The notes under the pieces are model-generated. The model was not told the DNA's origin, did not search any database, and saw nothing but the letters and a program-made list of their open reading frames with translations. This document shows, piece by piece, positions 38,506 through 50,584 of a stretch of 64,000 nucleotides of DNA. The translations under genes and the position numbers were made by a program. The DNA is from Neoechinorhynchus agilis (Eukaryota; Animalia; Acanthocephala): contig CM121343.1 of the NCBI GenBank assembly GCA_051530055.1, forward strand, positions 466,389 to 530,388, given 5' to 3'. Position 1 is the first letter of the stretch; each line of letters opens with the position of its first letter.

Positions 38506-40212
38506 TTATTGAGCAATTCCTTTGCAGTAAACGCATATCATGGGATCGTGTCCAGGTTGATCGATATATTGGCACATCGTTTTAGTCACTACTTCTGGAC
38601 ATATATTATCAGGATGGATCATAAAAGGCGGTTGCAACATTGGAGGACATGGTTCGGAATAGACACTTGCGTATGCCATTGGATCCGAGAAATACGATGC
38701 AGCATAGTCGTGAAATGTTTCCTGTGGCACAATTGGAACAAAATTTTCGGACGCTTGTAAATGTCCGGCTGAAAATTGACTGGATGAAAACGCGGAATCC
38801 GAGTAAAAATTTTGTTGTGTAAAATTTTCATTCGTGCCTCCAATTTGTTCATGTGCAAACCCATCCATTCCGCCGGCCATTCCTTGAAGTGGCAAAAGTC
38901 CAACGTTGTGTCCCTGATGACTGTATTGTTGAGCAAATGTGCTTTCAGCCTCAGCCAATGTCATCCCTCCCTGCATCAACCGCATAATTTCTTGTTGATC
39001 TTCATAATAAATATCAGCACCAGCATGAGCATGTCCAGCAGGCGGTACACAAGCACCTTGAACACCATAGTGACTCATAGCGGCTTGCACATAGTGGGAA
39101 TCGGCTAATTGACTTCCATGGACGGATACATATTGACTGGGATCTGCTGTGACTACTCCAAGATGTTGAATTCGTTTGTGGATTTGCACTTGAGGTTCTG
39201 TCCATCTAATTATGGTATTCTTTTCAATTGGCGCAGGAGGAAGATCTGGAGCTCTTTGATATATGATTCGTCTCTTAACTTGTGGATATGGAAGCCATTT
39301 CTCGATTATTACTTTTCGTGGTTTTGGTGGTATTGGAGGCAACTTTTCTATAATTACTTTTCGCGGAGGAGGTGGAGGTGGTGCAATTATCTTATGAATG
39401 ACCTTTGGCGGTGGCATTACTGGTGGAGCCGGTGGTCTCTCTCGTATTATAAGTGGAGGTGGTGTTCTCGGTCTCGGTGGTTGTTGTCTCACATAAATAG
39501 GCGGAGCTGCCGGTGGAGCTGGTGGACGAACCTCTTTGATTATAACTGGCGGCGCAGGGGGTGGTGTAGGCGGTTTCAGGCACCGAATAGTTATGTTTTG
39601 ATCGTATTGCACAGGTTGATCGGGGTGCTTGACGATTACTGTAGGACAAGGATCCTTATTTACTGGATAACGAGATATGTCCAACTTGGACGACTGATGA
39701 TGATGCATTTGTGAGGCCCCACCTTGCATTCCCATTTCAGATACAGCAGGAAAACGTGGGCCAGAATTTGTATCGGTACCCATTGTCACAGTCATTTGAT
39801 GTACACTTGTTGATTTTTGTTTGTTTTCATAATAATTTCCACTTAATGGTGAAGGGACAGCACTGCGTGGCCTGATTATTGAGGCTGCCATGGGTTCCGC
39901 GCCGGATGATGTAGCAACATGTTCATAGAACGCGCCTGATGTTTGGTCATTATAAAAACCTTCAGCGTTTGCAGTGTCCCCTTGGCGCATCGTGTGAGTC
40001 GATACCGTTTCTGTGAATTCTGCGGAAACGGGTGATTGGTTTAACGATTTTAACTCAGTAAATTGCCGTTCACTCATGCTTCCACTATTTGATCCAGAAT
40101 AACCAACAAAGTCCGTAGCCGTTTCTTGGATTTCACCGCTTGTCCAAGTTCCTTGCCTTGTATCCCTCGTATCGTCTGAAGCGGAATCCTCAGAAGTACT
40201 TTTTTGGCTCAT
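38506..40212 (-). CDS. 568 aa proline-rich protein with VIIKE/PPPRKVIIEK/WLPY repeats
   Basis: Single long ORF; repeated V/I-I-I-K/R-E blocks between Pro runs, low-complexity flanks. Confidence 0.85.
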   Translation of the reverse strand: MSQKSTSEDSASDDTRDTRQGTWTSGEIQETATDFVGYSGSNSGSMSERQFTELKSLNQSPVSAEFTETVSTHTMRQGDTANAEGFYNDQTSGAFYEHVATSSGAEPMAASIIRPRSAVPSPLSGNYYENKQKSTSVHQMTVTMGTDTNSGPRFPAVSEMGMQGGASQMHHHQSSKLDISRYPVNKDPCPTVIVKHPDQPVQYDQNITIRCLKPPTPPPAPPVIIKEVRPPAPPAAPPIYVRQQPPRPRTPPPLIIRERPPAPPVMPPPKVIHKIIAPPPPPPRKVIIEKLPPIPPKPRKVIIEKWLPYPQVKRRIIYQRAPDLPPAPIEKNTIIRWTEPQVQIHKRIQHLGVVTADPSQYVSVHGSQLADSHYVQAAMSHYGVQGACVPPAGHAHAGADIYYEDQQEIMRLMQGGMTLAEAESTFAQQYSHQGHNVGLLPLQGMAGGMDGFAHEQIGGTNENFTQQNFYSDSAFSSSQFSAGHLQASENFVPIVPQETFHDYAASYFSDPMAYASVYSEPCPPMLQPPFMIHPDNICPEVVTKTMCQYIDQPGHDPMICVYCKGIAQ

Positions 40213-41002
40213 TTTTGATTCGTTGAATAAGCTTCCAACTGTGTTTCGCTTGTTCTACCAAACCGCCCGCTGATTTTTGCTGTTTGATCTAAAAATTAAA
40301 CAATATAAGGTTTATGTCGAATTCAAAAATGAGAGGGAGAGAGTAGGAGTGCGGTATGCCTAGTCAGCTCTCTGATTCATTTTGAGCTTCTTGGTTATTT
40401 GATCAAAATTTCTCCGGAAAGGTTGCACAGGAAAAGGATCCGTCACTGAACTCATATGGGTCTCTCATCATAAGTATAATGAATCATACCACCATTTTCA
40501 CACGAGACACATTCCCCTTAAATGCGAAATTGATGCATCTACTTGCAAATCACCTTCACTAAAACAATTTCTTAAATGACTATTTCTCTAACCGATCGGT
40601 AACTCTCATGTTTCCGCCACTTTTCAATACCATTTTGACAAAATGTATGTCCATTTCTCACCATAAAAAAGGTGAACGAGTCAAAGAACCGTTTAAATAT
40701 TCCTGCTCATTCCCAGAGAAATCTAGACGGCAATTTGAATGAACTTGAGAGTGTCGAACTCAAAATAAAAGGTGTTTAAAGAGAGAGCTGGTGAAAGGGC
40801 GTTATATAAAAATGTTGAGCACATCGCAAAAATAATGACTAAACAATTGCGGTGCGGCTTCGTCGTTCTTCTTCTAGGCTTGAATATGTCTAAATAGTGT
40901 TGCTGGTGCGAATTATTTGTGTTTTTTTATGTTGTGATAAGTTCGCAGCAACAAGTTGTGGGTTCAAGGAACGATAAAAGTAGATGAATTTATTTAAAAC
41001 CT

Positions 41003-42261
41003 TCAAGGAGTCATTTTTGCATTTGTAGTTGATTTTATTAAATTCGTCAGAAAATTCTCCAGGGAGCTAGTAGCGGTACCTTTTAGTTCCGAAGCGTCCT
41101 TTTCACCCGAAGGCTTTACAACGAAATTCACTACAAGTTTCCAATGATTTGTTCGGAATTCTATTAACTGGTCAATGCATCGGTTATAGAGCACAGTCGT
41201 ATATGGATCATTCTTTTTCTTCAAGTGTCCACGAAGATCAGAGTGGCTCCTTACATAATCAATGAACTCAACATGCATAGGAAGCATATAACTCTTCATC
41301 GTATTTAAAAATGCAGCTACACTTGGATCGTGCTGGATCTGCAGAAATGTATCAAGTAGTGGCACTGCGCTGGACTGTGCAGCAGAAGCGCCGCATAACT
41401 TAATTGGTTCTGAATTGTAATCCTCACCTAAGATTATACCACGTTTAGGGAAAGCAAGGAAGTCCCTAAGATTGTTATAATAGATATTGGGATCACATTT
41501 CTCGTCCATTTTAAGCAAAGTATTTTTCATACGCTCTAGGGAAAGTGCGATTCTCCGAAGAACTTCGTCCAGATTATCGTCCTTGTTGCTGACATACTCA
41601 TAAATCGATCGAATCGCGAGAGCTGCTTTGACTTCCACTTCCATCGCTACTACAAAGAACCATCTATAGTCCTCGCTGATATCCAGTTTGTATACCAAAT
41701 CCATGTTTTGAGCTGATAGGACGTCGTGATCGTCTGGATGAGCTGCATTGGTTTGGTCGTTGAGCAATGGTTATCTGTTAATCTGTGTGTTAGTTTGGTT
41801 GCAATCGTGAACTGAACCGTTCGACCAAACCGCGCAGCTCATTTTATGACTCTCCAGTTCACTAGAACCATCAATGCATGACTAAGTGCAGGGGGCAATC
41901 TAGTCATTTTACTTAGTTTTAAAATGGGACTAGCAAGTGAAGTTGGAACTTTAATTGGATGATTCTCGCCCTTTTCGATCGACTTTTCAAGTGCAAATGC
42001 CGTACTGATATGAAGAAGGAGTGAAAGTGCCTTAAATTGGTGGATTTGCGAAAAATTAAGTTCATCATCAATATTGCCTGGTACAATCAAAGGTAATTTT
42101 TCAACCATTGTAGACACAGTTCCGTTTTCCACGTGCTTTGAAAGGTCACTTATCGCCATCTTCCAAGCAGCGTATTTGTCACTGAGTTCAACTTGGCAAT
42201 GCTGGATCATAAATCCCGTTTCTGGTGAGATTTGGAATTCGTGTAAGCTGGGTTTTATCAT
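41003..42261 (-). CDS. IDO: Indoleamine 2,3-dioxygenase family heme protein; interrupted at ~41740-41840 by a non-canonical element
   Basis: ISPETGF, LPPALSHALMVLVNW, NMD, FFVVAMEVE, YYNNLRDFL, GASAAQSS, YMLPMH and FRTNH (heme-ligand His) motifs. Confidence 0.9.
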
Positions 42262-42353
42262 CTGTAATCAAGATGAAGTCGGGTCACATAATTAAAAAAA
42301 ATATGCGATTTATAGCTGAAGGTTCAAATCTTTGAGCAAACATATCCGCTTAA

Positions 42354-44697
42354 TCACCATGGGTCCTGATAGGTGCAATTGACTATGTATGCGGAGCTCC
42401 CAGTGTATATCAGGCGGCACGCTGCACAATTGTTCTCAAATGATATCTCCGATACCAAATAGTCTGGATTTAAGCATGCCTTTGAGTCAGCAAAATTGTC
42501 GCTTTTTAAGCTTCACTTTAGAAAAGTACCTGAAACCGGTATGCGCCGGGATCTAGATCCGTAATATCAATCCATTGACAGTCAACGTCATGAAAGTAAG
42601 TGTCCACGCAGCCAGGTGAGATTCCTAAATTAGCGAGAATTGGTATTGATTTAGAAAATTCATCTTGCATTTTTCGAAATAGGATAATTAATATTTTAGA
42701 CCCACAGTCGTGAAAGGCAAGGACATCGCAAAGCGGGATTGATGTTTCAATACCCACAACTCTTAAACAGATAAAAACGAAATATCGTCTTACCTTGGTC
42801 GCCGAAGTTTCTGCATTCGAACTTTTTATTATAACCAGGCGCACAATTGTTGTCCTCCAAACAAAATGATGCCTTAGTGGCTTCGGTCATTTTAGTTCCA
42901 CTTAAAGTGAATATCTCATATCGTGCGAAAACCTCCATGGAATGATAATGCCTAATTCATGATAGGAGTTAAGTAAACACAATGAACATGGGATAGCTCA
43001 AATTTGTCGGGACTCCGAAATCTGAGGAACTTACGTACGCGTGACATAAATGCCAAATCCAAGCGAATTTTGGGAGTGTTGGGAAAAAGTCCGTGGTTCC
43101 ATTATTCCATATTGCTGTTGTAAAACGTATCAGTCTTCGCTTATTGTAATGCCAATCGTCTTTAGATTGATTAGGTCAAACAAATAATCGGATTTTTACC
43201 TGGGTATTCTTTTTGGATGCGGTAGGCGCTTGGTGCTACACAGTTCTCTTCCATGGCACATTGAAGGTAAAACAGGTAGCGTTCCTCGAGGTAAAAGTCG
43301 CGGCGAAGTAAATGTAGATCCATGTATAAGTCAGGCAATTCTTCGAAAATAGTAAAAAAATTATTTGCAATACTTACTCTCAGTACAGATTACGCCTGCT
43401 AAATGATTACTCGATGGACAGTACACATCCTCATCAACTGTACATTGTGAAAGTGATTTGTGTTTCATTGAGCATTTTAAACCACTTATAATGACATTTT
43501 TCCGTTTTGAATAACCAAAAAAGACATCTTCCTTTGTATAGAACATTAAATATTGAAAAAAGTATGGGTACAGTCATTTACTTGTACGGCCGAATGTGCA
43601 TATAGAAGACCCATGGCTTTACAAATCAGACCAGCTTCGAAAATACCAAACGCGTTGCCACAAATACTTCCAATTTTTCCATCGGACGTTTTCAATAGGA
43701 TTCGTCCTTCTTGGGAGTTTCGCCCACCCACCAATTTTAACTTGTAGTTAGCTGGCATCCTCTAAATTACACTCAAAATCTATTTAGTCCAAGTTAACAT
43801 TTGAAAATTGACATGAACTATCATCGTAGTCTAAGCTACAAAATTCAGGTTTCAACTGCTGCTTTCAATAGGTTAAACTACGACGACAAAACTTAAGAGC
43901 GTTTAAAAGTTGTTAACCTTTTTAGGGGGCCCGTAATTATCCCATCTTTTTTCATTGGTGTATAATTCGCTTATGTTTGTCGTTAGTCTCTGTTTTACAC
44001 TCCAATGAAGTTCATGTGTGCACCGGACACCTGATAAAGGTTCATAAAATCGCATAATTTCACTTCTAATCCGAATGGAATTATTACCAGCTCCTTTTGT
44101 TTGATCACAATTATGTGCTCCCCATTCTGTGTGGTAGCAGTCGGCCAATTTAGTTTCATTACCGTAGCAGTTGATGTTGTCAAGCCAGAAATTTCCTAAA
44201 AGGTTTCGAGTGTTTATATGTTTGATGAGTTATAACGGAATGATCACCTTTTACACCGTCGAATTTTGAATTAGCAAATATAATGTGAGCGTCTTTATAC
44301 CCTATTTGCTTACATGTAACGGCAGCTGCCGGGTGGTCGAATCCATCTTGGCATACACTTCGCCACTCTTCGTTGTGATAAATCTTCATAACACAAAAAT
44401 TTAATAAAGAATGTATAATTAATTTTATACTGACTAGAGGATGCCCTTCCCATGGTACGCGCCCACCAATGAGCCTAATATCACCATCCTGCGGTTCCTG
44501 AGCTTTGGTTTTAAGTTCCTCATAAAATTTTACATAAGTGGGATCTATCGGTGTGTAGTTGGATGGTAAATCAATATTCTCCTGTCCCCGGTTATCTGGG
44601 AACATTATTGATAATGTGGACAACAGTAAATGGAGATTCCTTTAACAGACACGGTCATTATAAGTGGTGAAAGATTCCGAGCAGTAATAACTTACAT
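42354..44697 (-). CDS. LOXL: Lysyl oxidase-like protein with two SRCR domains, ~11 exons, all junctions GT-AG
   Basis: SRCR motifs [23 protein letters not shown]; LOX domain [44 protein letters not shown]; ATG split by first intron followed by a signal-like peptide. Confidence 0.92.
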
Positions 44698-44728
44698 TTC
44701 CAAATGGTTTCCCGAAGAAAAAAAAGCA

Positions 44729-45045
44729 CTATAGTTGTGATTGTTCAATCCCTTTCAATATATCACCAAAATAATTATGCTTCGGCATAGTCTCGCCAAT
44801 ATTCCTTGTCGTTTTGATGTGACATCTGAACACTCCCTGCTGCTACAATTTATTCATGATATAAATTTGCATCCGATTTGACAGTGATACGTTTAAGATG
44901 GAATCACACGCTATGTGGCCGTCTTCAATTTCAATATCTTCTATATTTTTCAACCGGGATGCTCTTGATAGCCAGCATACTTCACGTACAAATCCAAAAA
45001 CTACGAGGTGCACTGAATCCTTAGCCTGATGCACAAACAATACAC
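44729..45045 (-). CDS. 3' exons of a hypothetical gene ending just upstream of LOXL
   Basis: Open exon VLFVHQAKDS...DSILN, GTATCA...TGTAG intron, then QQGVFRCH...EQSQL*; 5' exons unresolved. Confidence 0.35.
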
Positions 45046-47161
45046 CTTAAAAATTTATATTGCGACTTAAAAAAATAGAAGCTTCGAGTCTTACTGTGAT
45101 TTCAGTTGTGGTATATTAAATAGTCACCGATTAGTGCTTTGCGATTTGTGTGATGTGATTCAGAATAAAGGCAGCAATCTACTAGTTCCGCAAAAATAAC
45201 ACCAACTTCATAAAACTGAAATTTGCCATTCAGAAATAGGCAAAATAAATCGAACGATTTTTCGGAGAAACCACTCTAAGGTTAAATCTATTTTCTGTCT
45301 TAAGGTGGCTCATCAGTCTAACTTGTTCAATAAAACTCGTCCAAGCTTTTGGAAGAATAATATCTAACCTAGACGGCAAGGGTTTGTTGTCGATTAGGAT
45401 ACGGAATTTCGAGTATCTAAAGTAAAACGAATGACCTGATCCTCTTCACTTTAGTGCATTATAAATGAGGAAAACGTTGCACTATTCGACCAATGCTTAG
45501 AACTCGACTTCCTACCTTCCGTTAAGTGTCAAATTGTCGTCTAGTGGACAAAAACGTGGGTATTATGAAGTTGTCTGACTCTTCAAGTAAGTGAAATCGA
45601 CCTCACTAAAGCGAATTTAATTGTGCCTTGATAACTAGCGCGAGGCACTAAACATGCTCACGATTGCAAATCGACGAAAATTGATCTGTAGAGTGTAGTT
45701 ATTCAAGACTTTTCACACTGCTCGATCTTAGGAAAGAATAAAACATCATAAACCTTCTTCGAAGCGAATAACCACCAATTTCCACCCGAACGGACATCCT
45801 CCAGACCGCATATTCCCACTCGGCCGAACTCGTATTCCACTCCAAAATCAACAAACGAGTGTCGATACGTGAGGTACCGGGGGAATGTGATTGGAATTGT
45901 TGCTTAGAAGTCTACACCCGCGGTAAATGATTATTTATTGAAGACGTTCTGCGAACCTCGTCGGATTCTTGCATTGAGTGTTTTTCTGAGAGCCCAAAAG
46001 TACATGGATTTTATTCTTTGTTAATTAGCAAATAAACGTACTATTATTATACATTTAAGCTCAAGATTGAGCGCGGCCGAATAAACTTTGCAATGATTAA
46101 TGCTGCGATTCTGCGATCGGATGACTAATCAATACGGTTTTAGTCCATATCAAAAAAGAAAGACATTCTGTTGCTTAAAATCGATCACTGAGGGAATGCG
46201 AAGGGAACTTGAATTTGATATTTGGTAAATGAGTCAACAAATCAAATACATTAACACTTCTAAAGACATGGTTGCGACTTATTATGCATACCAATTATTA
46301 ATAATTTTTTGGAAAATTGTTGCTGTTATTTTTGGCATGGAATAAAGAGCCAATTTTCCAATTTGAAGGAATTTTAAGCACAGAAAACCCTTTCATCTAT
46401 GAGAGTTATTTAATGGAACAATTTGGTTATTTTAAGTGCACCTTTATACTCTTTGAAAAGTGGTTGCTATGTGAAGTTCAGTTCCATATCAAAATGAATG
46501 TTACTCAAACTTAGTCTAAAGCTAAATATTGATTCGGTCATCAGGTATTATTGTTCGATTTTATCCCATATCACAAGTTCTTCATTTTCCATTGGTGTCA
46601 TAGTCAAAGAAAAACTTGAAGAAGAGCGATTTAATTTTTCTTTGTCATCACTCGTAATTTTTTTTGACAAACCTCATCCTAAGAGACTACAATGAGATAT
46701 ACTCTTGTCTTAGCAAATGTAATGTTCGCAATAAGTGTCTTTCAAAACGAGTATTTTATCGACTAATTTAATTTGGTCTAAGTATGAGTAGAAAGGATGC
46801 ATTGATGCAATCGCAGAGAACGCTTAAACCGTGCAGCATAACCACATTATAAAGAATCTCTTCGTGCTTAAATTGTGGAATGGAAAATATGGAACTTCGA
46901 TGTGCTTTCCTATTGATCGTTTGGAATCACGTTCAAATTGCTTTGCTTAAAACCTCTAATCTATATTTGCCGATTAATATTGCCATAGGGCATACACTTG
47001 CCGCGTCGAGTTTGGGGAACGATTTACGAATGTATGGTTCGAGAAAACCAAAGAATAATCGACAATTGAATCGGTTTGATCATAATGCAATGCCAAACAC
47101 AATAAATGATGAATCTCGAGGTTTGATCTTTTTAAATTACATTTAATTTCAATTCATGCAG

Positions 47162-49446
47162 ACAAAGAGTTTCCTCCATTTGCTGCAGAAGCAATTTTAC
47201 GCAGTCAATTACTCACGGGTTATTATCCAGATACCAGACCCGTGAAAAACGAACTAACGCAAACAATCGTCAACATTAGTGTAAATATAAGACAAGTTGT
47301 TAAACTGGTAAAAATTATTTCTGTTCGTCCATTTTTTAATCTCTATCACAGGATGAACAAAACCAAATTATGACTACCAGCAACTTAATGTACTTAGTTA
47401 GTATCATCCGCATCTATTCTACCTTTTTTTCTATGGTTTAAACATCCAAATTGCTAACTTTGTTAGTGGATGACTTTTTTGAAATATTTCGGGAATACTC
47501 CGTACATTGCAGATAATAAGAAAATACTTGTAATAGCATTCGGAAATCCGCATTGAAACTCAAATGTTCAAAATATTAGCCGTTTTGCCTTATATATATA
47601 ATGGGGTCCAATAAACACAGTTAATCGATAATTAAGATCCACATATATTTTTTATCGATACAAAAATCCTTCGGGTTAGTCAAAGAATAATTTTGGTGAA
47701 AATACGAGTATCATCGGCATCTCTTCTACCTTTTTTCTATGCTTTAAACATCCAAATTGCTAACTTTGTTAGTGGATGACTTTTTTGAAATATTTCGGGA
47801 ATACTCCGTACATTGCAGATAATAAGAAAATACTTGTAATAGCATTCGGAAATCCGCATTGAAACTCAAATGTTCAAAATATTAGCCGTTTTGCGTTATA
47901 TATATAATGGGGTCCAATAAACACAGTTAATCGATAATTAAGATCCACATATATTTTTTATCGATACAAAAATCCTTCGGGTTAGTCAAAGAATAATTTT
48001 GATGAAAATACCCGAAGTTACCTCCTTCGAAATATTTCCAATAAATCAAATATGCTATTACCGGGAGTATTATCACTAAAATTGTATATATTTTTTATTT
48101 GTGAGACATGGTTTTTTTTACGAGTTTTTGTTTTCCAAGCAGAAACCAATAACCAAATTCAATGTTTAGCAATGGCATGACGAATTTTTAACCTGGAATC
48201 CAAGGAGAAATTCAAATATAACTGAGATATTCTTTTCACCAAAGGATATATGGATTCCTGATATAATAGTTTTCAACAGGTAAGCATGTTGATTTGCCGA
48301 GACACCTCGACATCCGTCTATCCAAGCGTGGACCGAGCATTCTCACAGACATATGAGCAATATCTAGTGACAGTCAATCATAAAGGCAAGGTCCATTGGG
48401 TATATTCTGATGTTGCAAGGACCTACTGCTCAGTGAATATCACGCTTTTCCCATTCGATCATCAATCGTGTGCACTCGAAATTCAATCATGGTCTAGAGT
48501 AAAAAACGAGTTAGTCCCTCACTATGTACCAGTAAAGAAAATGGATTGTCATGGAATAAAGGCAGAGTGGGATATTAAAAACATCGAATGGTCAATTCAA
48601 GAAGTCAACAATATACCATGGATAAAGTTGGTATTGGAAATTCGTCGAAATTCTACATTCTATTTGTACCATTTAATATTCCCTTTTTTTCTACTATCAT
48701 GTCTTACATTATTTGTGTTTTGGCTGCCACCAGACAGTGGAGAAAAAGTAACTCTTACTATAACAATACTCCTTGCTCTGACTGTGTTCTTACAACTCAT
48801 ATCCAATTATACACCAAAGGCTTCAGAAAATCTACCAATAATCGGTATATATTTTAATATAAACTTAATTTTGGTACTTATTTCGGTTGTTATGACTATT
48901 CTTGTGCTCAACGTTCACTTCAGAGGACCTAAAAGCTCACCCGTTCCTGGTTGGATCAAAAAATATGTGATTGAAATGCTAGGTGTTAGTATTGGGATAA
49001 GCGAACATCGGTATAGTCCAACAAATAACGATGATAATTCACTGATAGACAAAACTGGGTGCGTAGATGATTGTACTAAGGCGGAAAATAAATACAACAA
49101 GGACGAAAATTTGTCTGTTTCCATGGCACAAAAAAGTGACCATCATCTCGTTTCCGTAAAGGTTCAAATTTTAAATAATGAGCTTAGAAGATATGAGAGA
49201 TTACTTCGAAGAATCCATTTTCCACTTCAACCATTCATCGCAGATGAAATAGATGAATGCCGGAAGTTGTCGAAACTAATTGAGCATGAGCAGAACGAGT
49301 CATTTACAAGGGAAAGGACAAGTGGGATCATGACCGAATGGAAAACATTAGCTGTGATCATCGATAGGGTTTGTTTCATCATTTACATATTTTGTGTGAT
49401 TTCATCCATCTTGTTCTTTGTTGCAAAATATATCCAATTGCGGTAG
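47162..49446 (+). CDS. Cys-loop ligand-gated cation channel, nAChR-like non-alpha subunit; introns 47308-47351, 47397-48169, 48280-48326; 5' signal exon unresolved
   Basis: YYPDTRPV, DEQNQIMTT, WHDEFLTW, IWIPDI, Cys-loop CSVNITLFPFDHQSC, M2 SGEKVTLTITILLALTVF, M4 IDRVCF. Confidence 0.93.
47401..48080. repeat. Tandem ~307 bp duplication ending in family-B HHR-repeat pieces, inside nAChR intron
   Basis: gtatcatc.gcatct.ttctacc at 47401 and 47708; aaatccttcgggttagtcaaag and ccttcgaaatatttccaataaatc shared with 18298-18592. Confidence 0.85.
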
Positions 49447-50584
49447 TAAATAAACTACATATTTCTACATGATTTTTGAGGGCTCTTGTAAAGCTTGAAA
49501 AAACTTTGGCATACATCTTTATTTGTAATAACTTTTATTTTTCTTAATAGTAATAAGAAAAGTGTAATAATTATATTAGAGGGAGAATACAAAGTGTTTT
49601 TAGTGTTTATCTCATACAAATGAATGTTGACAAACATTGAGAGGTATCCCGTGGGTCCTTAAAAATGCTGATATCACCTCTCAGCTCATCCACTTTTATC
49701 TCCAAGACCTGACACAGAACCGATATATGGTTTTTATACGGTAAAACCTAAGCGAAAGTTCATATATAACAAAAGGGTTTTGAAAATCGGAAATCGCTGA
49801 AGTAGCTGGTTAATATAAATATAGAAAAGAACTTTTCAGACCGAAATACAAGAAGGACATTCAGGAAAACCCAATTTTTTCAGTGGCACGGACACAACTA
49901 AATACAACATAAATATGAAAACGATTGAACATTGTAAACAAACTACTACAATCCAATAAAATCAGATTCTGATGCGCCTTTTAAGTGAATTTTTATTATC
50001 GCCTTACGATGCTCACATTAAAAAGGAACAAATCAAAATAGTGTTAATATCTTGTACTGACTAAACCGAGACAAAAAATTGAATGATTTCACGAAAGGAC
50101 GATCTTAAACATTTTCCATGCTGTGACAGATTGTGAGCAGCGTTGATTATGAACATTTCCTTTCTTAGTTTAAAAAATGTTTCAGATTAATTATTGAAAA
50201 CCAAGGATAACTCCAAGGAAAATTTAAGCATAAGAATGACCAAATAATGTTAATGTACAAACAAATAAAATCTAAATTCCAAAGTATCGATATGAACCAA
50301 GAATTGCACTGCTCATTTACATTTCAGTGCAATTCTATTAAAGCTTAACTTCATGCTCACTTTAGAGTGAGATTCAAATTAGAATAAGTTGATGAAAGTC
50401 TATACTGCGAAATATCACAAGTAGTGGAAGATGCTTGAAACAAACTAAAGTTGTAGTCAACGTTCAAAGCTGTCTGCCTGTGCAGTAAACGCGAGGACCA
50501 ACGCATCCCCTTTCATCGTCCTACTCTCTTTTTATATATATTTTGTTTGCTGATATAGTGATTGATTTATTGATTCCCTTTCAC

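Noticed and set aside
38509-39714. Several antisense or alternate-frame ORFs over the proline-rich gene and other CDSs
   Set aside because: Shadow ORFs of real coding sequence
41740-41845. Selenocysteine/readthrough or ribosomal hopping at the IDO TGA plus hairpin
   Set aside because: Readthrough continues in the wrong frame, and the only matching AAA landing codon also resumes out of frame
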